From assembly GCF_902713615.1 (NCBI RefSeq), contig NW_024055820.1, forward strand, positions 2,488,107 to 2,552,106: a stretch of DNA of 64,000 bases, written 5' to 3'. The DNA is from Scyliorhinus canicula. Its lineage: Eukaryota. Below the pieces are notes generated by a model. The model searched no databases. It saw only the letters and a list, made by a program, of their open reading frames with translations, and was not told the DNA's origin. Shown piece after piece: positions 48,561 through 61,075 of the stretch (position 1 is its first letter; every line of letters starts with the position of its first letter). A program made the translations under genes and the position numbers.

Positions 48561-50859
48561 TGTATCGATGTATGGGTGCACCAAAACCTGCAAGTTCCCT
48601 TCCAAGACACTCACCATCCTGATTCGGAAGTATACTGCCAATCCTTCACTGTCGCCGAGTCAAAATTCTGGACCTCCCTCCCTAGCAATATTGCAGATAT
48701 ACCTCCACCACATGGACTGCAGCTGTTCAAGGATGCTTCACATCAAAACTTTCCCAAGAACCCTTAGGCATATATAATACAATCTGGCCTTGCCAGCGCC
48801 TCCAGAATCCTAGGATAGGATTAAAAATAAAATGCAAAGGGATTTCTCCGTTGCACTGACCCATTAAATAGATCAAGGACTGCCATAGCACGGAATGTAA
48901 CCCAATAAATCGCTCTCTGCATTGCCGAATCGAAAATTCCCAAGACCGATATATCACTGCTTAAAAATCAACCAAATCTCCTTCTCCAGCCTGTCTGGCG
49001 TTGCTGAATTCTTTCTGACTGTCACAATCTGGGTTTGGAATCCCCTTTCTGAGTCGCCTAGTCAAGCATCAAGTATAATTTCCACATTCCACACATATAA
49101 AAGTTCTATTGAAGGACTTGATCAAATTGTACTCCCTGAAATACTGGAAAATGAAGCAGAAGATTTACAACCAGTCAGGAAGATTCCTGGTCCCAGCACA
49201 GTGACCGCACGCACAGAAACTGAACAGACACAAATGGCAACAATCGAGTTCCAGCAGATAGATCTGTTCAATCTGTAAGTTTCATGAAACTGTTTGATTC
49301 TAATTGATCAATGGCCAACTTCCGACAACAATAATTTAGTGACTTATTTGAAATTAAACTGACATTAATTTCAAAACTGCATTCGGTTTTTAACTATTTC
49401 TCTCTATCTCAAAACTCGATAATTGGGCAAAAAGTAGTTTTGCTGAAAATGAGCAGATTAAATATACAGATTCAGGGTAGATTAATGACGGAACAGTGAC
49501 TCAGTGACAGGGCAATAATTAAACAAACCAGGAAACATTCACATTACCCACTGATATGATCTAAAATCACAATTAAATGTAATCAGAAAAAGAATCAGGG
49601 CAAAAGAATGTAATCAGCAAAATAATCTGGCTGCACACAGCAGTGTAAAGAAATGTATTGTTTCCTAAATTAATTTCAGATATTATTAAAATTCTCTAAA
49701 ACATTTGAGATATTGCACGCCAGGATACAACTCAATTGTAGGAGGTCATTTATGCTGAATTAATTCTCACTGATATTGTACTGTAAGTTACTGTTAATTG
49801 TCAGCTAATTCTTTATTCGATTATCTGTACTATAATAATAAATATAGTAAAAATAGTATTCAATAATCCCCAAATTGTTTTTACCCAGAGCTTTGTGAAA
49901 TAATTGGGATTTAATTAAAACAACCTGACAATCAAATAATGTTGAACAATAAACTCCAACTTACTTGATGGAAACATCTTAACATTTACTTGACTCTATT
50001 CACATTTTATTTTATTTTTTACTCCAATTGCTCTATTCGACCTACAAATGTGTAAAATATGCGCCTTTCTGAACACATTGATAAATCATAAACTCCATCT
50101 ATTCTCAGAAAGTAATGCATATAACGGGAACAGCTCAGTAATATTTATTCAAATCATTTGCAAAACTGACCCATTATGAGCAAGTGGAGTGGATAATTTG
50201 TTGTTGAATTTAGCATTTAATAAAATTTAAGCCTAAAGCTGAGATATAATCATTCCTTCTTTCCTATCATCTGTTCTTCCTATAATTCTATCGTGTGTCG
50301 AGCACAGCCGTGGGAGACAGGATGTCACTATAAAATGCAAAGGTACTGTTAACCTTTTGTAAATAAATAAATCGGTTTGACATTCAAGCTTTTACTTTTC
50401 AATCTAATGCCATACGCAATCTGAACTTTCCTATAATATAAATAAAATCATCGGAACAATTCCTTGATTGGCAGCGACTTCCACATCTCAGAAAACGGTT
50501 TCAGGTTAGATTAGCGATAATTACCTCGCTATCCAACTACGCATTACAGTGAAGGGATAATATGGTTGCCGCGCCACAGAAATAATAGAATAACTGGAAT
50601 TACAAAGTATTTCCAGCCTAGAAACCTATCCGGTCATGTTAACCTCGTGCAGAACACAGCAGGATTGTTAAAGGTGATTAATGATGAATTATATTAATAT
50701 AAAATAACCTTTGGTTAATATGGAGTTGTATCACCGCATTGCAATTGTTTGAATAATATAATTGTTACTATGTTCTGCATGGGCGTTTCAGTCACTATTT
50801 CGTTTAATCTGGAAGCATCAGTTAAAATTACAAAATGCATCAATATATCTTTATTAGAT

Positions 50860-52230
50860 TATTTTCTTAAACCTGGCTGTTTTCTCCCGACAATCGCCCT
50901 TCAAGCATTTTCAAACGCCTAGACTGTTTGCATTCAACCAGAAGCCGCTCAGTGTCACCGAGTTTAAACAATGCAGAAACAATGCAGAAACGCTGAACCG
51001 TTTTACCAATCTTAATAATTTAAAGTCACCCAGATACACAATTTCCTCAGAAGAACAAAACACGAAATCATATCAATGAAGGACTGAAACTCGTTTATGG
51101 AGAAGCAGCTCAATTCTACATCGAACTGGATCAAACTTAATATTGCAAGAAAATATCAATATCCAGCAAAGCAGCTCGTCGCCATTGAATTATTAAACTA
51201 AACAGAAATGTGGAATAACAGCAATAGCATTGTGAGGAGCTGGAATATTAACAACAAAGAATTATTGGAACTTTACCATATTTTTCATATTGAGTCATTT
51301 TTCAAACACATTTAAATGCTTTTAATGTTTGCAGGAGATGGTAAAAGCTGCAACCATCAGATGCCACGGAGATGAAACATTGCACAAACGTCAAACTGTG
51401 ATTGCAGCAACAACCTGTGCTCGGAAAGGCTTTGTCGTAGAACGTGGCTTAGTTTAATCTGCAATTTTCACTTTTTTTTCAAGATGCAGAAACAGCCTCC
51501 CTGTTCTCTGCCTACAAGCCTGCACCAAGCAGTTTCCAACACGTATACTCTGCATTCAATCACAAACCGTGTAACTGCTCAGTGTCACCGAGTTGAAACA
51601 ATACAGACACGCCAAACCGTTTCACAAGTCATCCGATTCAAAGTCAGCCAAAAACATTCCTCAGCAGAAAAACACCAAAACACATCACCGAAGGAGTGAA
51701 ACACCATAGAGAAGCAGCTCAGTTCTACAAACCCTTTCAACAGAATCAAATGAAACATTGCAAGAAAATCTCAAACCAGAATGCACCAAACCCTCATGTC
51801 ATCAAATGAATGAAGAATTAAACGAAACACAAAAATGGAATAATTACATCAGCATTGTCAGTAAGCGGATCATATTCAATAAGATAATGGAGAAACTTTA
51901 GCACATTTTGTTAATATTGGGTTAGATCTCAAACATTTGTGCAGAAGACGGTACAAACTGCAGACATTAGATAGAACCGAGATTAAACATCGTAAAAACA
52001 CACGTTTTGTATTTAAACTAACCCAGCCACACAGTATCCTCAGCAAATAAACATCAAATCACAGCAAACAGGGACTGAATCCCTCAGCAGCATCTTTCTG
52101 TCAAGAAACCGCGGGATTCTATATCCCCCTTTCAGCAGAATCAAATGAAACATTGCAACAACATCGCAACACATGATCCACCAAAACACATTTCAGTGAA
52201 CGAATGGATTTTGAAAATGCAGAAAAATAT
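50860..52230. repeat. Old degenerate ~630-bp tandem repeat just 3' of JH (2 copies plus a partial)
   Basis: GCTCAGTGTCACCGAGTT at 50947 and 51577; CAGAATCAAATGAAACATTGCAA at ~51740 and ~52135. Confidence 0.65.
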
Positions 52231-52280
52231 AAAACAAATACTCAAGTAAAACAGTTGGTAAATGACAGAATGGTTCTTAC

Positions 52281-52328
52281 CTGCAGTTACCGTCACCATG
52301 GTGCCTTGTCCCCAGTAGTCGAAGTAGT
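52281..52328 (-). CDS. IGHJ: JH segment YFDYWGQGTMVTVTA
   Basis: WGXG motif, 48 nt, G|GTAAG donor at 52280. Confidence 0.97.
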
Positions 52329-52367
52329 CACAGTGTCACATTCCCTGGGCAGCTCTATACAATAACC
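52329..52367 (+). other. JH RSS, 23-bp spacer
   Basis: CACAGTG + 23 nt + ACAATAACC. Confidence 0.93.
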
Positions 52368-52684
52368 GCACCTGCACAAAATAGACAGAAATCCACCATT
52401 ATTTTAAATATTCACAAACCAACGGCAAAGAAAATTCACGATTAATTTTCAGGAAATTATATGAATATTTGTGGATACCGTTATCGCTTCATAAATGACT
52501 GAATGTTTTATATTTCAGACATGGAAATGCTATTGAAAACACCAACTGTGACTAAATAACGACCACCAAATTTCCATATTAATTCTTATCATTTTGTCAG
52601 TGCTGGACAGTAATACTTCACTGTGAATAAAGTTGGATTATAAACGCGAGCACTGACCCAGCTTCAGTTAATTAGTGCTGAGGG

Positions 52685-52712
52685 GCTTTTTGTATTGACA
52701 GTAACTGCTGTG
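52685..52712 (-). other. D2 J-side RSS, 12-bp spacer
   Basis: CACAGCA + 12 nt + ACAAAAAGC. Confidence 0.9.
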
Positions 52713-52722
52713 CCCCAGTTAT
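52713..52722 (-). CDS. IGHD: D2 gene segment ATAACTGGGG
   Basis: 10 nt between two 12-spacer RSSs. Confidence 0.9.
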
Positions 52723-52750
52723 CACAGTGAGACACAGCGTGTCAAATACT
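52723..52750 (+). other. D2 V-side RSS, 12-bp spacer
   Basis: CACAGTG + 12 nt + TCAAATACT (degenerate nonamer). Confidence 0.85.
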
Positions 52751-53061
52751 GCGGCAGACTGTTAACTATAAAATACAGATATTTAATTTCACTGCTCCCT
52801 CAAAAACTAACTCTGTCTCTTCCGAGAGCGAATGGGTGAGTTATTTCAGCTTCTCCTGGTCATTACATTTATAAAGAGGATCGGAACACTTTTAAACCCT
52901 CTGTGCAGATTTAGCGAGTCGGTCAACAGAGATAAAGTGGAAGATTTTTATACCTTTTTGCAAACTAATATTACTTCCAAACTTTGTTTTATTTAAAACT
53001 CATTTACTTTGACGATCCTGCTGTGGCGCTGATCACCAATTTGAACAAGCTCTTCCACTGA

Positions 53062-53099
53062 GGTTTTTGTATGAGGATGTCGCTGTGCACAGCACTGTG
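53062..53099 (-). other. D1 J-side RSS, 22-bp spacer
   Basis: CACAGTG + 22 nt + ACAAAAACC. Confidence 0.95.
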
Positions 53100-53114
53100 A
53101 CCCACTGCTGTAGT
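53100..53114 (-). CDS. IGHD: D1 gene segment ACTACAGCAGTGGGT (all three frames open: TTAVG / LQQW / YSSG)
   Basis: 15 nt between 12- and 22-spacer RSSs, the canonical shark D1 arrangement. Confidence 0.94.
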
Positions 53115-53142
53115 CACAGTGACAGACACCCGCACAAAAACT
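53115..53142 (+). other. D1 V-side RSS, 12-bp spacer
   Basis: CACAGTG + 12 nt + ACAAAAACT. Confidence 0.95.
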
Positions 53143-53512
53143 GCACTCACTCTCTGTTCAGTCCTGCCGCTCAATATTCACTTCAAATACACGTTTACTT
53201 CTGATCTAATTTACTATTTATACAGCAGTTTATCAAACCCAATGTACATCGATTTTCCCAAGTATCGGAAATAATAAAGCTAGGATTATAGCCAAGTCTC
53301 TCATTGATGAAACTGTTAACAATAAATATAAACAGACAAAAGCTCATCCTATTAGATCGATTAGTGTGTTCGGTTTTACTGTTTAATTTTCTCTGTGTTA
53401 GTTATGTAAGAAGCAGCTTGTGTTTTGACTCTGATCACTGACATTAATATTAGATTTGAATCAAGTGCTGACCTTCAGGTTAAGGAGCAAGTTGCTGAAT
53501 TCCCTCCCGAGC

Positions 53513-53551
53513 TGTTCTTGTGCGGGTCCAGCCCTGGTTCCTCTCACTGTG
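53513..53551 (-). other. VH 3' recombination signal, 23-bp spacer
   Basis: CACAGTG (53551-53545) + 23 nt + ACAAGAACA (53521-53513). Confidence 0.95.
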
Positions 53552-53860
53552 GCCATCTTGCACAGTAATAGATGGCGGTGTCTTCGGTCTTCAGGCTCCT
53601 CATGGCCAAAGAGAAGATGTTGTTTGAAGTGTCTTTGGACGCAGTGAATCGATCTTTAATTGCTGGGGCGTAGTGGTTGCTGCTTGATGAACTATAGTAC
53701 AGAAGCAGCCACTCCAGCCCCTGGCCGGGAACCTGGCGGATCCAACCCATCCAGTAGCTGCCGAGATTGAAGCCGCTGGTTTTACAGGTCAGTGTCAGGG
53801 AGCCTCCGGGACGCCCGGTCTCTGCCTCTGGCTGAGTCAACACAACATCCGACTGGACAC
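53552..53860 (-). CDS. IGHV: Germline VH exon, open frame ([51 protein letters not shown]...[11 protein letters not shown])
   Basis: TTTTTACAG acceptor at 53861-62; conserved Cys, WIRQ and YYC motifs; followed directly by an RSS. Confidence 0.97.
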
Positions 53861-53988
53861 CTGTAAAAATATATCAAAAAGCCCGAGGATTAATGCTGGA
53901 GAAATGATTGGTGACTCTGGAACATTCTAGAGAGAGACTAACACTGAGACAGTAACAGTGAGAGACTTGGACAATAAAAACTACTCAC

Positions 53989-54034
53989 GGGATAAGAAAG
54001 TCAGCAACAAACTGAGAGAAATGGCCCACCTCAT
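53989..54034 (-). CDS. IGHV: IgM VH leader exon (MRWAISLSLLLTFLS+C)
   Basis: ATG at 54034, 46-nt hydrophobic exon ending in C|GTGAGT donor, phase 1 matches the V exon. Confidence 0.93.
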
Positions 54035-54099
54035 CCTTCTGGTAATTTGGGGGAAATGGTTGTGTCAGGAACTCAGTGAACAAACCAGCTCCCGGACTG

Positions 54100-54230
54100 T
54101 TGGATTCGGGTCCCAGTGAGCGGCATTTAAATACCCGGCAGAAGGGGGCGGCTTTCCAGGCGCCGCCTGTTGATTCCCTGGTGGAGGCGGCGCCTGGATC
54201 CACGTCCCACTTTCCACCCACCCCCCCCCC
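54100..54230 (-). promoter_or_regulatory. VH promoter region: TATTTAAAT box, GC-rich inverted repeat, no perfect octamer seen
   Basis: TATA-like at 54133-54125, ~90 nt above the ATG; GGAAAGTG Ets/IRF-like motif further up. Confidence 0.6.
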
Positions 54231-57200
54231 CCCCAACAACTGAAAGGACCCAGAGATTTACTATAGGTTATTATTAAAATAGACATTTATATGTATCGGG
54301 ATATTTGTTTGTCTGACTGGATTCATTGTAATGTCTCTCGTCATCCTATTGGTGAAATTATATTTTCGCATCTGTTAATTAAACTTAATTCCATTGTAAA
54401 TTCAGTCCTTTATTTCTGCACTCCAACATAAGTGGATGATCACAAACAGATGGAATTATATTAACAGGGAATAAGACGTCTGTCTGTCTAATTTGCAACA
54501 ACTCTGGGTCTCTATCCAATTAAAACAATAACTTATAATTTATCAGAAGAGTTGTTCTCTAATTCTGTAACTAAATACGGGCAATGAATAAAGTGATTCG
54601 ATTTAAATGGTGCACGACTATCATTAAACAATGGAGGTCTGGGGACAAGAAGAAACTCTAACATTGCACAATGTCTCTCCTGCTATTTCTCGAACTGCCC
54701 CTGAGCCTCAGACAGTTGTGTGAACATTGGCGGTAAAAGAAGCCGCTTGCCAGATTATTGAGCAGTGAGTTGACAGAGAAACATAAAATTCACATCAGCT
54801 TTTGACAGAGAAGTTAATGAATCAGAACGGACGCGGCGATAGCAAAGTTATCATTCAGCATCTAAATCATTGCCGCTAATTTTACTGACCACCGGCTGTC
54901 TAACATTCACTGGTGTTGGGAACACAGGATATCAGGACTTTGCGGCATATTACACAATATCACAGGAATAAATGTTTTATCTTCCACTGAAGCAGGTCAT
55001 GAACTGGTCATTTCTCCACTCATTGGCAGCAATAAGAGGGACTGTTAAATAATGGAAATCAGCACAAATTAAACTGTACAGAACACGGTGCTGATCAGGT
55101 ATAAGAGACTCCACCGTTTAAATGGGGTCAACAACTCGAAGAATATTCCAGGAATTCCGGCGGGTTTTGAGCACTTTTATGATTTTCTTTTATTTCAACT
55201 TATATTTTTTGCAATTCCCCTCATTTTATTGGGCTTGTGGATTGGGCCCATCAACACCACTCACTCTCACTTCATTAGGTTCTTCACAAACGGACTTTCA
55301 TAACTAGAGTGACCTTTACTCGGAACTTATATAAATTAAATAGCACGAGTCAATTTACTATTTTCCGATCATGTTTATTCTAAGAGTGAACAGAACATTC
55401 ACCGAATATATTTATTTAGATGGAACACCATTTAAAACATTTACTTCATGTGCGACTAAACATTTATTGTTTGAATGGATCAATCCCATTTAATCCATTC
55501 ATATTCAGGTTAATCTGCCCCACACAGTATTTGGCAGCAATCCAGCCGCCTGCAGTCAGGGAGGCTCGAATGTTCAATGTTGTTTACAGGAAGCATCTGG
55601 ATTTTTTTTCAGAGATCTGTTGGCTCAGTACTGACCGCTTGGCTGCAAGCCAACTTCAAACTCTTAACATTGTCAATGAGAACTATTTATAAACAAATCT
55701 ACCCAGCAACAGGACTGGAGAACATTTTATGTTTTAAATTGTGAACCTATTTGTACTGTTCCCATCTCTATGGAAAGGATTTGTAGCCCCTCTTAGCAGC
55801 AATATCCCGCTGGAGGATCTCTCCCACATCTCACAACATTGTGATGACCGATAGAAATACAATCAGACTATCAGACAGAGGGTCAATTTGTAACAGACCA
55901 ACATGTATATTCATGTTTTCCCCCTATATACTTTCATGGATTGTGGAACTAAATGACAAGACTCTGCCCCTAATTACTATTGAACTGAGCGGTTTGCTTT
56001 GCCAGTTCAGAATGAACGGAAGAGTCAGACATGTTGCTGTCCGACTGGAGCCTGATGTAGGTGAAGCCAGGGAGGGATGACAGATTTCCTTCATTGGTGA
56101 AACAGAGCGGATTTCATGTAATATGTATTCCAGATTTATTAAGTGGAATTAAATTCCCCCTCCGACTATGGTGGGATTTGTACGCGAGCATTTGTACCCG
56201 GGCATTTTTATTACTGACCCAATAACATTAATACTGCATCACCATCCACCCAAAATATAAAGGGATCACTGATTTGATGTAGAGATGAGTGTTAGTTGGA
56301 TGCCTGAATATTGTGATTGAGGAATCAGTGAATGGGGTTGATGGATGGATGGATAGATGGCCCTGAAAGATGCTGTTCTACATTCTCAGTTTTGCTCTTG
56401 ATGATTTCACAAATTAAAGTTGGTCCTTTATAATTTGTATCGCCTGATACATTCGGTGGCTGAAGCCTTTCTGGGTGAATTTCCTCCCCAGACTATCGGG
56501 AACTGACGAACTGGACGTCACTAAGAGGAAACTGGAGATATTCCTGCGGTGCTGGTGATTCTTCTCTGCTGATGGTGAATCGTCATCTCAAAGACAGAAA
56601 GCGGGAACGTGATTACATTGTGGAGGACGGTTGTAATATTTGGAGCATGAGGTCATTTCATGTACAATAAGTCACTCAAGATGTCCCTACCCAAATTAAT
56701 GAAGACACCAGACTAAAACATATTAATGTGAAAACAGAAATACTGTGAAACTCAGTGGACAGCTGTAAATGTTGAATTACTTTCCAAAGCAGTGTAATAA
56801 CAAATTGGGAAGTAAAGATTCATTAACGTCACATTAGGTAAAGGCATTTTTATTTCTACCGGCACTTTAAAAATCATCTCACACTCTAGTCTGGCGATTC
56901 TGTGTGACGATGAGGCGATTACTGACCAATGCAGCGCAGAGGCTGCTGGGTAGCTGCACATTATCCTCGGTGTGGTTTAATTCCATTTCACATTGAATTC
57001 CGGTGTAGATGTGACTTCTTCGTGACAGAATGGTCAATGCTATCTCAATTAAATTTAATCTCAATAAATTATGTCAAACACACAAAAAAGGAATTAGGAG
57101 CAGAAATAGGCAATTAAGCCCTTCGAGCCTGCTCCGCCATTCAATCATCATGGCTGATCTCTTCGTGGTCTCAAATCCACCTCCCTTAAATGAATTGTAT

Positions 57201-57299
57201 TTACATTTTGTAAAAGAAAGTGCGGATCATAATTGGTGAATGGAACTTTTTATGTTGTGTTGATGATAATTGAATAATATCATTATTTAACTTTGTGAC

Positions 57300-58065
57300 T
57301 TGTGACAATTGGTGATATTCGCCACGGAATTGCTAAACAATGACCATTTCCAGCAAAATAGAATCTAACCATCGCTCCTTGACATTCACTGATATTGTCA
57401 TCGCTGAATTCCCCACGATCAACACACTGGGGTTACCATTGACCAGAAACTGTACTGGACTGACCATATAAATGCTGAGGCTACAAGATCCGATCAGCGT
57501 TCAGGAAGCCTGCGGTGAGCAACTCGCCTCGTGACTCCCAAAGCCTGTTAACCATCTACAAAGCATAAGCCAGGAGTGTAATTGAATACTCTCCCGTTGC
57601 CTTGCTGGGTGCAGCTCCAACAAAATTCAAGAAGCTCGACACCATCCAGGCTAAAGAAGCTTTATTGTCACCCCATGGGCAAACACTCATTCCATCCACC
57701 TCCGGCGAATAATGGCAATAATGTACCATCCATAAGATGCACTGCAGGAACGAGCAAATCTCCTTTCGAAACACCTTCTGAACCCAGGACCATATCCTTC
57801 TAGAAGGAAAAGGCAGCTGATATATGGTAAGATCACCACCTGGAAAGTCCCCTCCAAATCATTCGCTATCCTAACTTGGAAATATATCACCGAATCTTCG
57901 CTGTCGCTGGTTCAAAAGTCTAGAACTCCCTCCCTAACAACATCGTCGATGTACCTACACCAGAGTGACTGCAGAGGTTCAAAAAGCAGTTCACTGCCTC
58001 TTTGTGAAAGGCAATTAGCGATGGACAATAAATCATGGCCTAGCCCTCGATGCCCACACTGTATA
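57300..58065 (+). mobile_element. 3' fragment of a shark CR1/L2-like LINE
   Basis: Similar to 60400-61075, ends in a GGCAATTAG.GATGG.CAATAAAT tail. Confidence 0.65.
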
Positions 58066-59199
58066 ACTTCATTTAAAACAGGACTTTGTGGAACGATGGC
58101 AATTGGTGAATCTAATCGTTTATATTCATAAATTAATGAAAATTGGTGAATATAATTGCTATGTTTCTGAACATTTATGGCCTCCGCCTTCTCTGCTGGA
58201 AGGTATAAGCTACCCCACAGGAGATTCATGATGTAAAACCATAACCAATATGGGAAAACAAAGTGGACAGATGAGACTGCAGCAACTATTGACGTATCTC
58301 ACTCACAGCATCACTGGGAAGGCCTTTGCTGGCTTCACACTTTACACTTAACACTTCATCTGCTTGCAGGCGGAATGTTGCTGGAAGAAAGGTGCTGTGT
58401 TTGTGTCGCAAGATTTGCTCTGGACATGATCTGCTCTTTCTGCCACATGTTTTCATCGAATTTACAGTGCAGAAGGAGGCCATTCAGCCCATAGAGTCTG
58501 CACCGGCTCTTGGAAATAGCACCCTATCCCCATAACCCAGTAACCCCACCCAACACTAAGGGCAATTTTGGACACTAAGGGCAATTTTCAGTGGTCAATC
58601 CACCTAACCTGCACATCTTTGGACTATGGGAGGAAACCGGAGCACCCGGAGGAAACCCACGCATACATGGGAAGGATGTGCAGACTCCGCACATGTCTAC
58701 CTCTTCACATTACTTTCATCAATTTCAATAAACATTCGACACTGTCGGTGGGCTGGTGTGAACCACCAGGACCAGTGGATTTAGCAGCTTTGAAATAGAC
58801 ACAAACCGAGGGAACGACAACCCAGAACGACAATTGGGCGCTTCGTGTGCAACATTTGTGGAAATATTTGCTGTGTATCTATTGAAATAGAAGGATGCCG
58901 TGGCCGTTGTGAGATTTGTACGCAACATGTGTTTCACACAAACACAGCCACACACACACAGTCCCTCACACACGCATTATCTGTTTTACACGCACACACA
59001 CATTGCCCCTTTAACAGTAAAGTCCCTTGTTAACTTCCTGGGAAGCTTCAGACACAATGGCCCCAACCATTTTGCAGGTGGTATAATCAATCAATAAACT
59101 CTCCCCAACACTATGTTTGTTAGATGAATGTTACATTTCCCATGGACTCCATACAACGCCCAGGTAAACATTCCTCTATTTAACAAAGATGAACAAAAG

Positions 59200-61075
59200 T
59201 GCATGACCAGGAATTGAGCCGCTTTGCTCTGGTGCTGATCTCAATGTGGGAGAATCAGCCACCGACACCTGAAATTAGTTACACCGTAAATTTTGGCACC
59301 TCCCGTAGAAGGCGATGTGATATTACATTTGTGCAAATGGATTATGGATACATCAACATCATGGATTATACCTGACAACAACATTTTCACAGCAACTGCA
59401 ATTGCAAAGTTTGGCCAGCAGATGGAATTTAAATCCAGATGCTTTGCATTACATGAAGCAGGCATTGCCTCAATAATTACTGCACTGATCACTGTCTGTA
59501 TTTTTGTTAGACTAGACTCTGTCTTTGTTTATAATACAGGACACTCTGTTTCAATTAATACTGCACCAGTACTTGTCAATGTTTATATCACACAATCAAT
59601 GCGATCCTATTTTCAATATACAGGATATGTCTCTGCAGTTTTGCCACATCCAGTCCTGAATAGTAATGAATAACTAAACAAAAGGCCAGAATAGGAGCCT
59701 CAATAAAATTCCCCTCTTCAATGATGCGGGAGCCCAGCACGTCAGTGCAAAAAACAAGACTGAAAGTTTCTGCCAGAGGTGCCGAGAGGATGGTCCATCT
59801 CGGCCTCCTCCGGTGGTCTGCATCATCATGGATGTCAGTCTTCAGCAAATTTGATTCACTCCACACGATATCAAGAAACGGCTGACGGCGCTGCTAATGC
59901 ATTATCCCTGGCAACATTCTAGCAGCAATACTGAAGATGTGTGGCCTGGAACTGGCTGCGCCCCTGACAAGTTGCTCCAGTGCAGGTACAGCACTGACAT
60001 GTACCCAACAATGTGTAACATTGCCAAACATGACCCGTCCACAAAAGGCAGGAAAAATCCAACCTGGCCAATTATTAGCCCATCGGTCCGCATTTGATCA
60101 TCAGCAACTTCATGAAAAGTGTCAAGGAGCATCCTGTCACGTATAGTGTCCTAGCATAGTGCCCCCGGCCCCAGCTTCACCCTTCATCATAAGGTCAGAA
60201 GTGGGGATGTTCGTTGATGATTACCCAATGTTCTGCACCATATTCGATTCCTCAAGTACTGAAGCAGTCTGTCTTCATGTACAGTAAGACTAGGACAACA
60301 TTCCGGCTTGGGCTGACAAGTGTATAGCAATGACCACCCCAAAAATAGAGATGCTAACCAACTCCCCTTGATTTTAAATGCCACTACCTTGATTGAATCC
60401 CCCACCATCATTAGCATTGATGAAAAACTGAACTGGAAGAACCATTTAAATAATGTGGCTACAAGAGCAGGTCAGTGACTGGAAATTTTGCGGTGAGTTA
60501 CTCACCTCCTGAGTTCCCAACCCCTACTCATCATCCAGAAGGCAGAAGTCAGGAGTTTAACTGAATATTCTCCATTTGTCTGAAGTGCGCCCCTCAAGCA
60601 ACACTCGAGAATCTCAACGCCACCCAGGACAAAGCGGCCGACTCGAGGAACACCCCATCCACCAGCTGAAACATTTACTCCCTGCATCACGGGTGTACAA
60701 TTCTAGCAGCGTGAGCGATATACAAAGATCTGCTGCAGCAACTGCCTCCTTCTATACCACCTTCCAAACCCACGAACTCAGGCATTTAAAAGGACCAGGC
60801 CCGACAGACGCATTGTAACAGCAAAACCTGCAAGTTCCCCGCCAAGCCTCACACCATCTTCATAGATTTCATGGAATTTACTGTGCAGAAGATGGGAACT
60901 ATATCTCTTTACTGTCACTGGTCAAAATCCTGGAACTCCCTTCCTATCAGCTCTGTGGGTGGACCTGCTCAGAATGGAATGCAATGGTTCAATAAGCGGG
61001 TTCAACACCACATTCGCAAGAGCAATTAGGAATTGGCATCAACTGCTGACGTTACTGGTGACACCAAGATGCCAT
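59200..61075 (+). mobile_element. Decayed, internally deleted CR1/L2-like LINE
   Basis: Remnants of the PANYRPI-like (~60060) and FADD-like (~60210) RT motifs plus the 3' tail. Confidence 0.65.

Noticed and set aside
42111-48610. Long His/Thr/Ser/Pro-rich ORFs (e.g. 42111..43127, 45242..45985, 47617..48324)
   Set aside because: Translations of satellite and low-complexity DNA
52281-53860. Germline-joined VDJ, or IgNAR/IgW identity
   Set aside because: V, D1, D2 and J are separate with intact RSSs; conventional VH, CH1, four C domains and a mu-type tail indicate IgM
54890-54995. Plus-strand V-like remnant (LTFTGVGNTGYQDFAAYYT, then CACAGGA)
   Set aside because: No second Cys, upstream frame closed, no credible nonamer; probably chance
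58845-59033. Cys/His-rich ORF (CNICGNICC...)
   Set aside because: No C2H2 spacing or linker; runs into CA repeats
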